From positions 219,296-283,295 of IMG/VR virus record IMGVR_UViG_3300036781_000418: a stretch of 64,000 nt of DNA; one strand, given 5' to 3'. Source of the stretch: a virus. The notes beneath the pieces were generated by a model. It did no database searches, was not told where the DNA came from, and saw only the letters and a program-made list of their open reading frames with translations. Positions 36,908-45,762 of the stretch are shown piece by piece; within the stretch, counting starts at the first letter, position 1; each line of letters begins with the position of its first letter. Position numbers and translations under genes: made by a program.

Positions 36908-37374
36908 CTAATCTGAAAGTGACTCTTGAGCCGGCTGGTAAGCGTGGCTTGAAGTTTCTGATCTACGCGGTAGTTAACGGACGTAAGCGTGAAGTTGGAT
37001 ACCTCAACTCCGCCGTCACTCGGAACATCACGAAGCATGAAGTACTCGCGGCTCACGATGACTACAAGCTCGTCAAGCGCATCTTCAAGCAGGTTCCGGA
37101 CGAGTACACGTTCAACTACTACTGGCTGCAGAAGCTCTTCGTCTACGAGGAGTACAGTGGTCTTGGTATTGGTTCAGCGGCCCTGCAAGTTTGGTTTACC
37201 AAGCTGCGATCGATCGCGATGGTGGCCTTGGAAGCCTATCCAATTGGGTACCGAACGAAGGTGGAGCTTGAACGGTTCTACCTCAAGAACAACTTCGTCG
37301 TGTTTCATCGACTGCGTCCAGCAGGAGAGCGACAACGGCGAGCAACGATGGCCATGACGTTCGTCAAGGCCTAA
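36898..37374 (+). CDS. GNAT-family N-acetyltransferase
   Basis: motif VYEEYSGLGIGSAAL; start may be the downstream GTG at 36919. Confidence 0.5.
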   Translation: MGSPNLKVTLEPAGKRGLKFLIYAVVNGRKREVGYLNSAVTRNITKHEVLAAHDDYKLVKRIFKQVPDEYTFNYYWLQKLFVYEEYSGLGIGSAALQVWFTKLRSIAMVALEAYPIGYRTKVELERFYLKNNFVVFHRLRPAGERQRRATMAMTFVKA

Positions 37375-37381
37375 CGAATAT

Positions 37382-37457
37382 GGGTGATTGGTGTAGTTGG
37401 CAGCATAGCGGTCTCCAAAACCGTTGGTCATGGGTTCGAGTCCCTGGTCGCCCGCCA
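37382..37457 (+). tRNA. tRNA-Trp (CCA)
   Basis: acceptor gggtgat/gtcgccc, loop CTCCAAA, CCA. Confidence 0.8.
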
Positions 37458-37514
37458 TATAGCTTTGAGTAAGCTTGCTAAATAGGAAGCAACAATTCCA
37501 TTTAGGAGTCTCTC

Positions 37515-37751
37515 ATGGCACTTCGCAACGTAACGGGCCCAGCCCTGCACAGCTTCACGACTGACGAGCTTACCGCGATCGTCGGCAACTACGGCCCATC
37601 GGGCACCATTGACGACGGCGCAATCGCTCCTGGTGCAATGGTTTGGAACACGGATGAGTCCGCAGTTTGGGTCTTTGACGGCACGACGTTCAGCGCCGTA
37701 GCCGCCGCTCCAGCTCCAGCTCCTTCGCCTGCACCGGCTCCATCGCCGTAA
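37515..37751 (+). CDS. small protein (78 aa) with C-terminal (A/S)P repeat
   Basis: ORF track; TAAATAG box upstream; APAPAPSPAPAPSP tail. Confidence 0.45.
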   Translation: MALRNVTGPALHSFTTDELTAIVGNYGPSGTIDDGAIAPGAMVWNTDESAVWVFDGTTFSAVAAAPAPAPSPAPAPSP

Positions 37752-37774
37752 TTCAGTCGTAGGCTGAAAACAAA

Positions 37775-37807
37775 GAAGGGGAACCGAGTGATCGGTTCCC
37801 CTTACTT
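37775..37807 (+). terminator. rho-independent terminator
   Basis: ggggaaccga-gtga-tcggttcccc followed by T-rich run. Confidence 0.65.
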
Positions 37808-38086
37808 ACTTCGCGGTGACCCTTGGTGGTACCCTACTTTCTGGAGCAGCCAGGAAAGCGGAAAGGTCGGCTGAGGTTCCACACAACTGAAAGGAATCGT
37901 TTACCGGTGACCAAAGTTCCGGCAAAACACGACACCTCAGCTGGCCGTGTTCCTATTTGCTTCTCTAAGCAAGTACATTTTACGCAGCGACGTCTTCGGA
38001 TAACACTGCACATTTCAGGTTTAAGAAAGGATGCATCATGATGATCAGCTCGACGCTTGATGCGTCTGGTAAACACACCTCCTAAT

Positions 38087-38160
38087 GGGGGTGTAGCTCA
38101 AGGGTAGAGCAGGTGGCTTTTAACCACCCGGCGAGGGTTCGATCCCCTCCACCCCTACCA
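38087..38160 (+). tRNA. tRNA-Lys (TTT)
   Basis: stem ggtgg/ccacc, loop CTTTTAA, T-loop TTCGATC, CCA. Confidence 0.8.
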
Positions 38161-38194
38161 AATCACGTAAATAGCTGACCATATTGGAGTCCCC

Positions 38195-38623
38195 ATGAAG
38201 CTCAGCACCATTTCCGAACTCATCGCCATCAACGAAGCGGCGCTTAAGATCAGCGATACCGGTTGGTACGTAATCGATCCGACCGTGCACGACGGCGATA
38301 ACCCGCACTACAAGAAGGCCGCTGGCCCGTACAGGACGCGTGAAGAGGCGAAGGAGTACGCCACTGGCAAGGACCAAGTTAAGTTCGGTCACATGGTCAA
38401 CAACGGCTTCATTGAGGTCGATGAACATGGCACCTCGAACGAAGGCTACGTCGCCGTTTCACAGGCGCTGGTCTACGTGAAGAAGGCGATTGGCGCCCTT
38501 GCTGAAAGCGAGAACGAAGTGAAGGAGCACCTTGAGATGCTTGGCTTTGACATCTCCTTCGACAACCTGCTTCAACAGCTGAACGACCTTGAGGAACACC
38601 TTAAGGACGCGTCGACAAAATGA
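38195..38623 (+). CDS. hypothetical acidic protein, MKLxxIxE N-terminus family member
   Basis: N-terminus MKLSTISELIAINEA; TAAATAG box upstream. Confidence 0.5.
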   Translation: MKLSTISELIAINEAALKISDTGWYVIDPTVHDGDNPHYKKAAGPYRTREEAKEYATGKDQVKFGHMVNNGFIEVDEHGTSNEGYVAVSQALVYVKKAIGALAESENEVKEHLEMLGFDISFDNLLQQLNDLEEHLKDASTK

Positions 38624-39063
38624 AACTGATTCAGCTGAATGAAAACCTTGACGAGGCGAAAATTGACGCCTTCATCAAGGCCTACAACGGCATTGAAGCG
38701 CCACTCGCTAAGAAGCTCAAGCCGAAAGGATCGCCTGAGATGATCAAGGCGGCCTTTGACCTTGCATTTGATCATCATCAACGAGATGAAGTTCTGGACT
38801 TTGATGACGCGGCGATGACACGTGGCATCAAGGGCATCGAAGCCGCCCTCAACGCGGCCAAGGAGTACAAGACGTCAATTGACGTCGCCGCTTGCACCAA
38901 GGCCTCCATGGAGCTGAGTCAGCTCCGAAACTTTGGCAAGCTGGCCACTGACGTCGGCAACGCCATGTTCGTCGCTTTGCAGGGACTGAACAACGAACAT
39001 TGGTCTAAGGATGATCAAGCCCAAGCCCTACTCGCCTGTAAGTCGGTAGGCATCAGTAAATAA
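38620..39063 (+). CDS. hypothetical protein, MKLxxLxE family, paralog of 35473-35931
   Basis: N-terminus MKLIQLNENLD; ATGA overlap. Confidence 0.55.
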   Translation: MKLIQLNENLDEAKIDAFIKAYNGIEAPLAKKLKPKGSPEMIKAAFDLAFDHHQRDEVLDFDDAAMTRGIKGIEAALNAAKEYKTSIDVAACTKASMELSQLRNFGKLATDVGNAMFVALQGLNNEHWSKDDQAQALLACKSVGISK

Positions 39064-39064
39064 T

Positions 39065-39140
39065 GCATCGTTGACCTGAGAGGTTAAGGACCCTCCTTAC
39101 AAGTGGGAATATGCTGGTTCGAGTCCAGCACGATGCACCA
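39065..39140 (+). tRNA. tRNA-Val (TAC)
   Basis: acceptor gcatcgt/acgatgc, loop CTTACAA, T-loop TTCGAGT, CCA; one U-U mismatch in anticodon stem. Confidence 0.65.
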
Positions 39141-39147
39141 TATAATA

Positions 39148-39223
39148 GCTCTGGAAGTGTTACAAGGTGGCATGACAGTTTCGTAATCTGTAGGACGCGG
39201 TTCGAGGCCGCGCCGGAGCACCA
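39148..39223 (+). tRNA. tRNA-Thr (CGT)
   Basis: acceptor gctctgg/ccggagc, loop TTCGTAA with a U-U at the stem closing pair, T-arm cgcgg-TTCGAGG-ccgcg, CCA. Confidence 0.6.
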
Positions 39224-39284
39224 AAATTCCCGGGAGGACGCGCAAGCGTCCTCCTATTTTCGCATCAACAACTGGAGAAAATCC

Positions 39285-39671
39285 ATGAACGCCGACTTCC
39301 ATTCTCGCTTTATCACCAACACGGACGACACAGGCCGTTTCATCGTGAGCTCACAGCGGACGGGTATTCGGTACTACGTGGAACCGGTCGTGACGGAGCA
39401 CACCCCTGAGTGGGGCTCCATCGATCCAGCCACCGGCAACCTTACCCACAAGAAGGGTGACGGCAAGTACCGTGGCGGTGTCTCACCGTCTGAGTCCATC
39501 GTGAACGAGGATGCGGTCAAGGTTGGTGTCTTCGCGAAGGTGCACGACCTTGGACGAGGCGTGTCACCACACCAGGCGATTGACTACCTCGACGCACAGT
39601 ACCCAACCGTCAACCCAGCGTATGAGCTCACCGCTGAGTTTATCGGCTCCATCGTCAACCCAGCCTACTAA
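39285..39671 (+). CDS. hypothetical protein (128 aa)
   Basis: start at MNADFHS; the track's upstream extension overlaps tRNAs and is rejected. Confidence 0.5.
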   Translation: MNADFHSRFITNTDDTGRFIVSSQRTGIRYYVEPVVTEHTPEWGSIDPATGNLTHKKGDGKYRGGVSPSESIVNEDAVKVGVFAKVHDLGRGVSPHQAIDYLDAQYPTVNPAYELTAEFIGSIVNPAY

Positions 39672-39679
39672 GGATTATC

Positions 39680-39901
39680 ATGGCTACCCTCAAGGACCTC
39701 GTTGGTCCGGACAAGACCGTCCACTTTCAATTCTATCGTAAGGGTGCGCTCTACTATCGCACGTCAGACAACTTTGAATTCTTGGTGCCGATTGAGGACT
39801 GTGGTGACGCGGAATTTTTGGCAATGGACAAGGCTATGATGTTCATGCGGTACATTCGCAAACAGCTAGCCGTCAACGCTGAAGGCAGGGAGGCTGTATG
39901 A
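39680..39901 (+). CDS. hypothetical protein (73 aa)
   Basis: ORF track. Confidence 0.45.
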   Translation: MATLKDLVGPDKTVHFQFYRKGALYYRTSDNFEFLVPIEDCGDAEFLAMDKAMMFMRYIRKQLAVNAEGREAV

Positions 39902-40077
39902 ACGCCAAGAAGCTGGAAAAGAAGAAGCTCAAGCTCGCCGAGCGGATCAAGCAGCTGGAGGATGGGCTCGTCCTCTCCCTCCAGAAGAAGTCCTCCTCAG
40001 CAACCGAGATCGACATGCCTGGCACGATGCGCCAGATCCGAGAGCTGAAGGAAGAGCTGGACGAGCTAAATAGCTAA
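39898..40077 (+). CDS. small coiled-coil protein (59 aa)
   Basis: ATGA overlap; Lys/Glu/Leu heptads; below track cutoff. Confidence 0.35.
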   Translation: MNAKKLEKKKLKLAERIKQLEDGLVLSLQKKSSSATEIDMPGTMRQIRELKEELDELNS

Positions 40078-40080
40078 CCA

Positions 40081-40155
40081 ACAATTTACGCTGTCATAGT
40101 GCTAGTGGAAACACACGTCTTTGGTAAGGACGGATCGAAGGTTCGATTCCTTCTG
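40081..40155 (+). tRNA. tRNA-Thr (GGT)
   Basis: acceptor gctgtca/tggcagc, loop TTGGTAA, CCA. Confidence 0.8.
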
Positions 40156-40159
40156 GCAG

Positions 40160-40504
40160 CACCACTCTATGTTCGTCACCATCCATGAACTGCTGAACGC
40201 AATCCAAGTGAACGAGTCTCGCTACTCGGACATGGTGGAGCAATGGTGCTCAACGAACCTTGAGTCCTTTAAGACCGCCACGGACGCCTACCTTGCGCTT
40301 CGCAAGTACGTGGACGAGACGAGCGTCTTGAAGAACTACCTCACGGCCACCTTTAAGGGCAGTGAGGTCCGAATTCAGAGGTACCTCATCGACATCCTTT
40401 CACAGATGGCCAAGGAGAAGAACCTCAGCGGCTACGGTGAGGTTGACCTAACACAGGCCAACTACAACCACAGCGCGTCAGGAAGCGCGTCAGCTTCCAT
40501 GTAA
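40160..40504 (+). CDS. hypothetical protein (114 aa)
   Basis: start at MFVTIHE just after the tRNA. Confidence 0.5.
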   Translation, partial: HHSMFVTIHELLNAIQVNESRYSDMVEQWCSTNLESFKTATDAYLALRKYVDETSVLKNYLTATFKGSEVRIQRYLIDILSQMAKEKNLSGYGEVDLTQANYNHSASGSASASM

Positions 40505-40511
40505 GGTCAAT

Positions 40512-40592
40512 TGACAGGTGGTGTAATCCGGATGGCAACACACTTGGGCCCAACTTAAGGAGATGCTGGTTCGACCCCAGCCCTGTCAGCCA
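40512..40592 (+). tRNA. tRNA-like gene with atypical anticodon loop GCCCAAC (CCA with C33?) and oversized D-loop
   Basis: perfect acceptor tgacagg/cctgtca, T-arm gctgg-TTCGACC-ccagc, CCA. Confidence 0.4.
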
Positions 40593-40688
40593 AATGCAAC
40601 TACTCATCCTCATTATCCTGGCGCCGCTCTGGTTGCCGATCGCGATCATTGGAGCCCCACTGTGGCTCCTCCTCATGGTAATCCTTTC

Positions 40689-41084
40689 ATGGAAGCGCTG
40701 AACCACAAGCAGGTTATCGTCCTGCGTAAGGACCTCAACATGCGTAAGGGCAAGCTGGTTGCACAGGGCGCGCACGCCTCAATGGCGGCGATCCTTAGCC
40801 AGGGCCAGGCCACCGACGTTGGTGACACCTTCACCATTCAGCTGGACGATCGCATGAAGGACTGGCTCCTAGGCTCCTTCAAGAAGATCACAGTCTCAGT
40901 AAACTCGGAGGAGGAGCTGCTGTCCCTGTACGAGCGAGCTAAAGGTTCAGGTCTGATCTGCTCACTGATCCTTGACTCTGGCCTGACCGAATTTGGTGGT
41001 CGCCCCACCTACACCGCGGTCGCCGTCGGTCCGGACGTAGCTGCGAAGGTCGACGTGCTCACCGGTGACCTTCCGCTGCTGTAG
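40689..41084 (+). CDS. peptidyl-tRNA hydrolase, PTH2 family
   Basis: VLRKDLNMRKGKLVAQGAHAS matches the PTH2 active-site region. Confidence 0.65.
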   Translation: MEALNHKQVIVLRKDLNMRKGKLVAQGAHASMAAILSQGQATDVGDTFTIQLDDRMKDWLLGSFKKITVSVNSEEELLSLYERAKGSGLICSLILDSGLTEFGGRPTYTAVAVGPDVAAKVDVLTGDLPLL

Positions 41085-41167
41085 GCGTAGCACCTTACAC
41101 CGTCGCCGAACGGTGTGCACTCGGTCAACCTCTACTCACGGTCCAACACCAACGTCCCGCTAACTTA

Positions 41168-41207
41168 AAATGGCAGCAACGCTTCGGCTTGCTGCCATTT
41201 TTGTTTT
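41168..41207 (+). terminator. rho-independent terminator
   Basis: atggcagcaa-cgcttcggc-ttgctgccat followed by TTTTGTTTT. Confidence 0.7.
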
Positions 41208-41220
41208 CTTGAGACCATAA

Positions 41221-41394
41221 TGGACCGCTCAAAATCTTACTACCGACTTAAACTGCGTCGAGATGAACTGTGGTGGCGTAACTCCGAGCCTCTGAACCTG
41301 CAGTGCGCCAATGATCGACTCTGGAGAAAGTTGAAGCTCAAGCCATTTTTCTTCGACTACAACGAGAAGACTGGGCCAGCATGAGCATCGCATA
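41221..41394 (+). CDS. small basic protein (57 aa)
   Basis: below track cutoff; low support. Confidence 0.25.
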
Positions 41395-41485
41395 ACATTG
41401 AAGCTTTAAGTCCGTCTCAGGTTCAGCAGGATCCGTGCAGATGCGCGTGTTATGATGTTCTGATCGGACATAACCCGGACCAGAT

Positions 41486-42004
41486 ATGATCACCAACGAA
41501 CAACAGGCAATCCGGCAGTGGTTGTCAAAACCCGCTCCGTACAGCGGCGGTTGCGGCTGTGTTGGTCCACAACGGATGAAGTATCCCGGACCTGTGTACG
41601 GAGTTGGAGGCCCCGTCCATGACGAGTACACTCTCAAGGTACTCGTGCCCAAGAGCCTCACCCGTGCCCAAGCCATCCGCGCCACCCTGCGCTGCAAACA
41701 AGCTATGGCCCTCAGCATGGAGGAAGCTAAGCAGCTGATGTCGCACGAACCGATATCTCGAAAATCCGAGTATCCGTTGTTCAGCCACACCGACCTTAAC
41801 GCCATGAAGGAGCTAGGTGTCGAGGTCGCCGAAGGACGGGCCGTTGATCCAAACTATGGCTACAAGCCCGTGTGTCCGTGTGCCATGGCGTACGTTGAGG
41901 AGGTCAACGGCTTCTTCTACATGATCATTGAACATCGTAGCCCAGATGGCATCACGCACACGGCCAAGAACCTTGGTCCAGTTGGCGGGCCCTACTACAA
42001 ATGA
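41486..42004 (+). CDS. hypothetical protein (172 aa)
   Basis: plus-strand ORF preferred over antisense 41338-41805. Confidence 0.45.
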   Translation: MITNEQQAIRQWLSKPAPYSGGCGCVGPQRMKYPGPVYGVGGPVHDEYTLKVLVPKSLTRAQAIRATLRCKQAMALSMEEAKQLMSHEPISRKSEYPLFSHTDLNAMKELGVEVAEGRAVDPNYGYKPVCPCAMAYVEEVNGFFYMIIEHRSPDGITHTAKNLGPVGGPYYK

Positions 42005-42336
42005 AGTTCGCCGAATTCATCATTCAGCCTCGACCACTGGGGTCAGCTGAGCTGGAGTTGAAGGCGGCGATCGAGGCGGATCCACGACTGGTGGTCACGA
42101 AGCTGCAGGTTCGGCGGCAGTACAAGACGGATCCGTTGTTTGTGCGTCGCCGCCTTCGTTACTACATGACTCGTACCCTACTGCTGGTGTACGAGTTCAT
42201 CTGTCCGTGTGGTGAAATTCAACGGGAGGTGAAGTCCCTGCCGTTCAACTGGCGTCACCCTGACACCTTGTCCGTGCTCTGCGCTAAGCTCAGTGCGAAC
42301 ACCTACCAACATCTTAAAGATGAAGGACTCGTATGA
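42001..42336 (+). CDS. hypothetical protein (111 aa)
   Basis: ATGA overlap. Confidence 0.5.
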   Translation: MKFAEFIIQPRPLGSAELELKAAIEADPRLVVTKLQVRRQYKTDPLFVRRRLRYYMTRTLLLVYEFICPCGEIQREVKSLPFNWRHPDTLSVLCAKLSANTYQHLKDEGLV

Positions 42337-42575
42337 AGCATGATGATGCACCCCATAAACGATGGGAACCGAAGCCGGCCTACTTGTCCGGTCGGTTCCA
42401 TCGTCCCCCACGTGGCCTGATCACCAAGGCGCGTCATGGTGAAGACGGCGTGCCGTTCGACGCCCAGTTCTACTATGACAACCAGTGGTACCACGTCGAG
42501 GGCAAAACGAGAATCAAGCTCGTCGACGACCCTCGCGATCTTCAATGGCTCCAAACCCCTAACCAAGGAACCTGA
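42333..42575 (+). CDS. hypothetical protein (80 aa)
   Basis: ATGA overlap. Confidence 0.45.
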   Translation: MKHDDAPHKRWEPKPAYLSGRFHRPPRGLITKARHGEDGVPFDAQFYYDNQWYHVEGKTRIKLVDDPRDLQWLQTPNQGT

Positions 42576-42576
42576 C

Positions 42577-42819
42577 ATGAACGTCAACGCCCACTGTGAA
42601 CTGACCAAGGTGCTCTCCGAGATCATCCTTGAAGCCCACACCGCCTGCACCGACGCAGCCTCCACGTACGCCCACTTTGAAAAGGTGCAAGCCAACCCCG
42701 CCACCCGTATCGAAGGTCTCGAGATGTCCGAGGTCAAGACCTTTGCCGCCATCCTTGACTATGACGCGATCCGCGCCGACACCAAGGCGCTGTCCGACCT
42801 GATCATCACGGCGGGCTGA
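42577..42819 (+). CDS. hypothetical protein (80 aa)
   Basis: start at MNVNAHC. Confidence 0.45.
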   Translation: MNVNAHCELTKVLSEIILEAHTACTDAASTYAHFEKVQANPATRIEGLEMSEVKTFAAILDYDAIRADTKALSDLIITAG

Positions 42820-43116
42820 TTGATGCCGCACTTCACCACCTTGATCTTTGGCACGGGCAACGTTGAAGCGAACCGAGAACTTGATCGGCTTCGGGCACTG
42901 GATTGCTGGGTGTCGGGTGAAGTGCAGCCGACCAGCAATCGCCCACATGTGCATGTAGGCGTGTCGGCACAGGTGGAGCTGCCAGCCCATGGCTACTTCG
43001 TTGATGCCACCTTAACCTACCACGAGTTGGAGCTACGCGCCCAGGTCTTTCCAAATGGACAGATCATGAGCGTGCTGGTTCCAGTTGGTGCGACTGTATG
43101 CGGATATGGATCCTAA
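42820..43116 (+). CDS. hypothetical protein (98 aa)
   Basis: ORF track. Confidence 0.45.
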   Translation: MMPHFTTLIFGTGNVEANRELDRLRALDCWVSGEVQPTSNRPHVHVGVSAQVELPAHGYFVDATLTYHELELRAQVFPNGQIMSVLVPVGATVCGYGS

Positions 43117-44164
43117 GCTGCTAACGCGTGACGACTTCCGAGAGGGGGTCTTTAAACGCGACAACTACAAGTGCATCTTCTGCGGTAAATCCGCAGCTGA
43201 AACGCCTGAGGGCAAGCTCGACGCCCACCACATCCTTGAGCGTCGGCTTTGGCCGGACGGCGGTTATTATCTGGAGAACGGCGCGACCGTCTGTGAGGAG
43301 CACCACCTTGAATGCGAACGAACTATCAAGAGCGTGGAGGAAGTTAGAGCTCAATGCGGTGTATCCAAGATCTGGGTGCCACCGCACCTATACCCCGATC
43401 ATCTCTATGACAAGTGGGGAAATCCAGTCCTTGATGACGGCCGTCGCGGCCGTGGGGAACTCTATCACGATGAGTCTGTTCAAAAGGCTCTCGGAGCTGG
43501 AGGCGTCCTCGACCTCTTCACGTGGTATGTCAAGTACGAGCGGACGTTCCATCTCCCATGGAGTCCAGGACTCCATGACGACGACAAGGCCTTAAAGGAC
43601 TGCTCACAGTTCGAGGGTCAGCGCGTTATCGTGTCCTACAAAGCGGACGGCGAGAACACGACGGGTTACCATGACGGTCATATTCACGCACGGTCGATCG
43701 ACTCCCGTGGTGGTGAGGACCGAGCATGGGTGAAGAAGTTCCTGATTGAACAGGTGTGCTTCAACCTACCTGAAGGCTGGCGGATCTGCGGTGAAAACCT
43801 GTGGGCCGAGCACTCCATCCACTACGACGACCTGAAGTCGTACTTTTACGGGTTTAGTATCTGGAACGAGCGCAACACGTGCTTGTCCTGGGACGAAACG
43901 GTGGAGTGGTTCGAGCTGCTTAGCGTGACTCCGGTCGACGTCCTGTATGACGGTGTATGGGACGAAGCGCTGATCCGGAAAATGGCCTCGCAGGTTGACA
44001 CGGTAAAACACGAAGGTCTTGTGATAAGATTGGCTCGGAGCTTCACGTACGGTGACTTCCGGAAAAGTGTCGCGAAGTACGTCCGTGAAGGGCATGTGCA
44101 GACCACCAAGCACTGGCGTACGGGACGCGCGTTTGTTCCCAACGAACTGGAGCGAAAGCCATGA
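43085..44164 (+). CDS. HNH endonuclease fused to RNA ligase (Rnl2/RnlB-like nucleotidyltransferase)
   Basis: N-terminus CIFCGK...DAHHILERRLW...C..HH; C-terminus motif I SYKADGEN, motif IV HEGLVIRL, motif V-like RKSVAKYVRE. Confidence 0.6.
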   Translation: MVRLYADMDPKLLTRDDFREGVFKRDNYKCIFCGKSAAETPEGKLDAHHILERRLWPDGGYYLENGATVCEEHHLECERTIKSVEEVRAQCGVSKIWVPPHLYPDHLYDKWGNPVLDDGRRGRGELYHDESVQKALGAGGVLDLFTWYVKYERTFHLPWSPGLHDDDKALKDCSQFEGQRVIVSYKADGENTTGYHDGHIHARSIDSRGGEDRAWVKKFLIEQVCFNLPEGWRICGENLWAEHSIHYDDLKSYFYGFSIWNERNTCLSWDETVEWFELLSVTPVDVLYDGVWDEALIRKMASQVDTVKHEGLVIRLARSFTYGDFRKSVAKYVREGHVQTTKHWRTGRAFVPNELERKP

Positions 44165-44508
44165 AGCAGAAGTTTGGACCGTTGTTAGACTGCCTACGAC
44201 GAGCACGGGCGCGTGGCGTGCAGGTGTTCATCCACGAAGACAACAACTTGACCTGCGTCAAGGGCGATAAGTCACGGCACGTTGAGCACCAACGCTTCAA
44301 CCACGCCTGGCTGAACACGGAGTTTCCGATTCGACCCGCGCTGTCGACTGAAGAGCTTGCCCATCGTCGCGCCCTCCTGATCGAGTGGGACCACTCCTTC
44401 GCCTACCGCACGTCGGAGCAGCGCTACGTCCCGACTGAACGGAAACCATTCTTCACACAGGCGTTTCCGTGGGTCGCCGTGATGCCCGAACTGTTCGAGG
44501 TCTACTGA
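44161..44508 (+). CDS. hypothetical protein (115 aa)
   Basis: ATGA overlap. Confidence 0.5.
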   Translation: MKQKFGPLLDCLRRARARGVQVFIHEDNNLTCVKGDKSRHVEHQRFNHAWLNTEFPIRPALSTEELAHRRALLIEWDHSFAYRTSEQRYVPTERKPFFTQAFPWVAVMPELFEVY

Positions 44509-44509
44509 C

Positions 44510-44695
44510 ATGAAGATGCTCATCAACGCAGTCCTGTCAGGACTGGCTGGCTTCGTGATCGGCGCGGTGGGCGGGTGCTACTTTCAAGGTGACGCCTCGC
44601 CGTCTTGCTGGGCGCTCTTGATCGTAGGCTTTGCGCTGCCGTACGCGTCCGACTGGCTGGACCTTGATCACCTCACCGACGGTTTCAACTACTGA
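44510..44695 (+). CDS. small membrane protein (61 aa)
   Basis: ORF track. Confidence 0.4.
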   Translation: MKMLINAVLSGLAGFVIGAVGGCYFQGDASPSCWALLIVGFALPYASDWLDLDHLTDGFNY

Positions 44696-44697
44696 CC

Positions 44698-44946
44698 ATG
44701 CGCAAGGACGACTCCCTCGCGAAGATTGCGATGACGAATAAGGTCCTGCGGCGCCTGCTTGACATGATGTTCGAGTGTGAGCCGCCTCATGACAAGAAGA
44801 AACCCAAGACCACTGAGCGAATCTGGTGGGAGGCCGAGTACGAGGAGGTCCGGTGGCTGTTCATCGACCTCCACAACCGATCGATTGAGTTCAACGTCCA
44901 ACAACTGAAGAGGAAGCGTGATGCGCAATCAAAAACGAGCGCGTGA
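44698..44946 (+). CDS. hypothetical protein (82 aa)
   Basis: ORF track. Confidence 0.45.
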   Translation: MRKDDSLAKIAMTNKVLRRLLDMMFECEPPHDKKKPKTTERIWWEAEYEEVRWLFIDLHNRSIEFNVQQLKRKRDAQSKTSA

Positions 44947-45469
44947 CTTCGCTAAGATCCACCATGAAGATCCATCTGGCTTCTGGAAGTTGGTGGCCAC
45001 TGGCAAGGAACTGCCTGAGGTTGGACAGCAGATCCTTTACGTGGTGGACATCCGTGGTCATAAGGATGAGCTCATGCACAACTTGCTGGCGAAGATAGCG
45101 GACGGTGATCCCTACCACGTCATCAACAAGGCCGTCAAGGATGGTCGCATGCGGCATGACAAGTTCGCCACCATGATGGCCAGCGTCTTTGAGCTTCCAG
45201 TTGATCCAGCCAAAGCCAACTCTCATGTCGGCATTGTAGACCATGTAGAGTATGACGCCACCCTGCAGGAGTGGTACATCGGCGTCCGACACCGCATCAC
45301 CGAATGCATCATCTACTGGTCGCCAATTCCTCGCCCACCAAACACGTACACCCCGCGCGATGAAGACGTTGAGGACCTGCACATGTTTGAGAGCGCGCGC
45401 AGTCGCGAGGTATACATCCGTGACCGTCTTGAATCACGTCGTCTGAGGAGACTGCCGTGTACCGATTAA
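44918..45469 (+). CDS. hypothetical protein (183 aa)
   Basis: ORF track. Confidence 0.5.
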   Translation: MMRNQKRARDFAKIHHEDPSGFWKLVATGKELPEVGQQILYVVDIRGHKDELMHNLLAKIADGDPYHVINKAVKDGRMRHDKFATMMASVFELPVDPAKANSHVGIVDHVEYDATLQEWYIGVRHRITECIIYWSPIPRPPNTYTPRDEDVEDLHMFESARSREVYIRDRLESRRLRRLPCTD

Positions 45470-45762
45470 GGGGCCGCGTTCGCTGGCGGATGAAGGTTGA
45501 CACTCACCTGCCGCCGTTCATCTACAAAGGTGTCAAGGTTCAACTTACCCGAATCAGGGGCAGCCGCTGGTCAGAGTGGGTACTGACCCCCATCAAGCCG
45601 TCTCACAAACGAATGTTGGAGAAGTGGTCACGCGGTAGCCGATCAACCGATGTCCGATGTCCAACTTCCTTCAGCAGCCTCAAATGGACCTATAAGATGG
45701 CTCTTGAGGAGGTTGGAATTTTTACCGCACCTTACCTTAACTGGCGATGGAACATCGCGTAA
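45457..45762 (+). CDS. hypothetical protein (101 aa)
   Basis: ORF track. Confidence 0.45.
   Translation: MYRLRGRVRWRMKVDTHLPPFIYKGVKVQLTRIRGSRWSEWVLTPIKPSHKRMLEKWSRGSRSTDVRCPTSFSSLKWTYKMALEEVGIFTAPYLNWRWNIA

Noticed and set aside
39111-39284. 5' extension of ORF 39111-39671 across tRNA-Val/Thr
   Set aside because: The extension overlaps two tRNA genes. The internal ATG at 39285 is the biologically sensible start.
41338-41805. 155-aa minus-strand ORF
   Set aside because: Overlaps plus-strand ORF 41486-42004. All neighbouring genes are on the plus strand. Kept only the plus ORF, at modest confidence.
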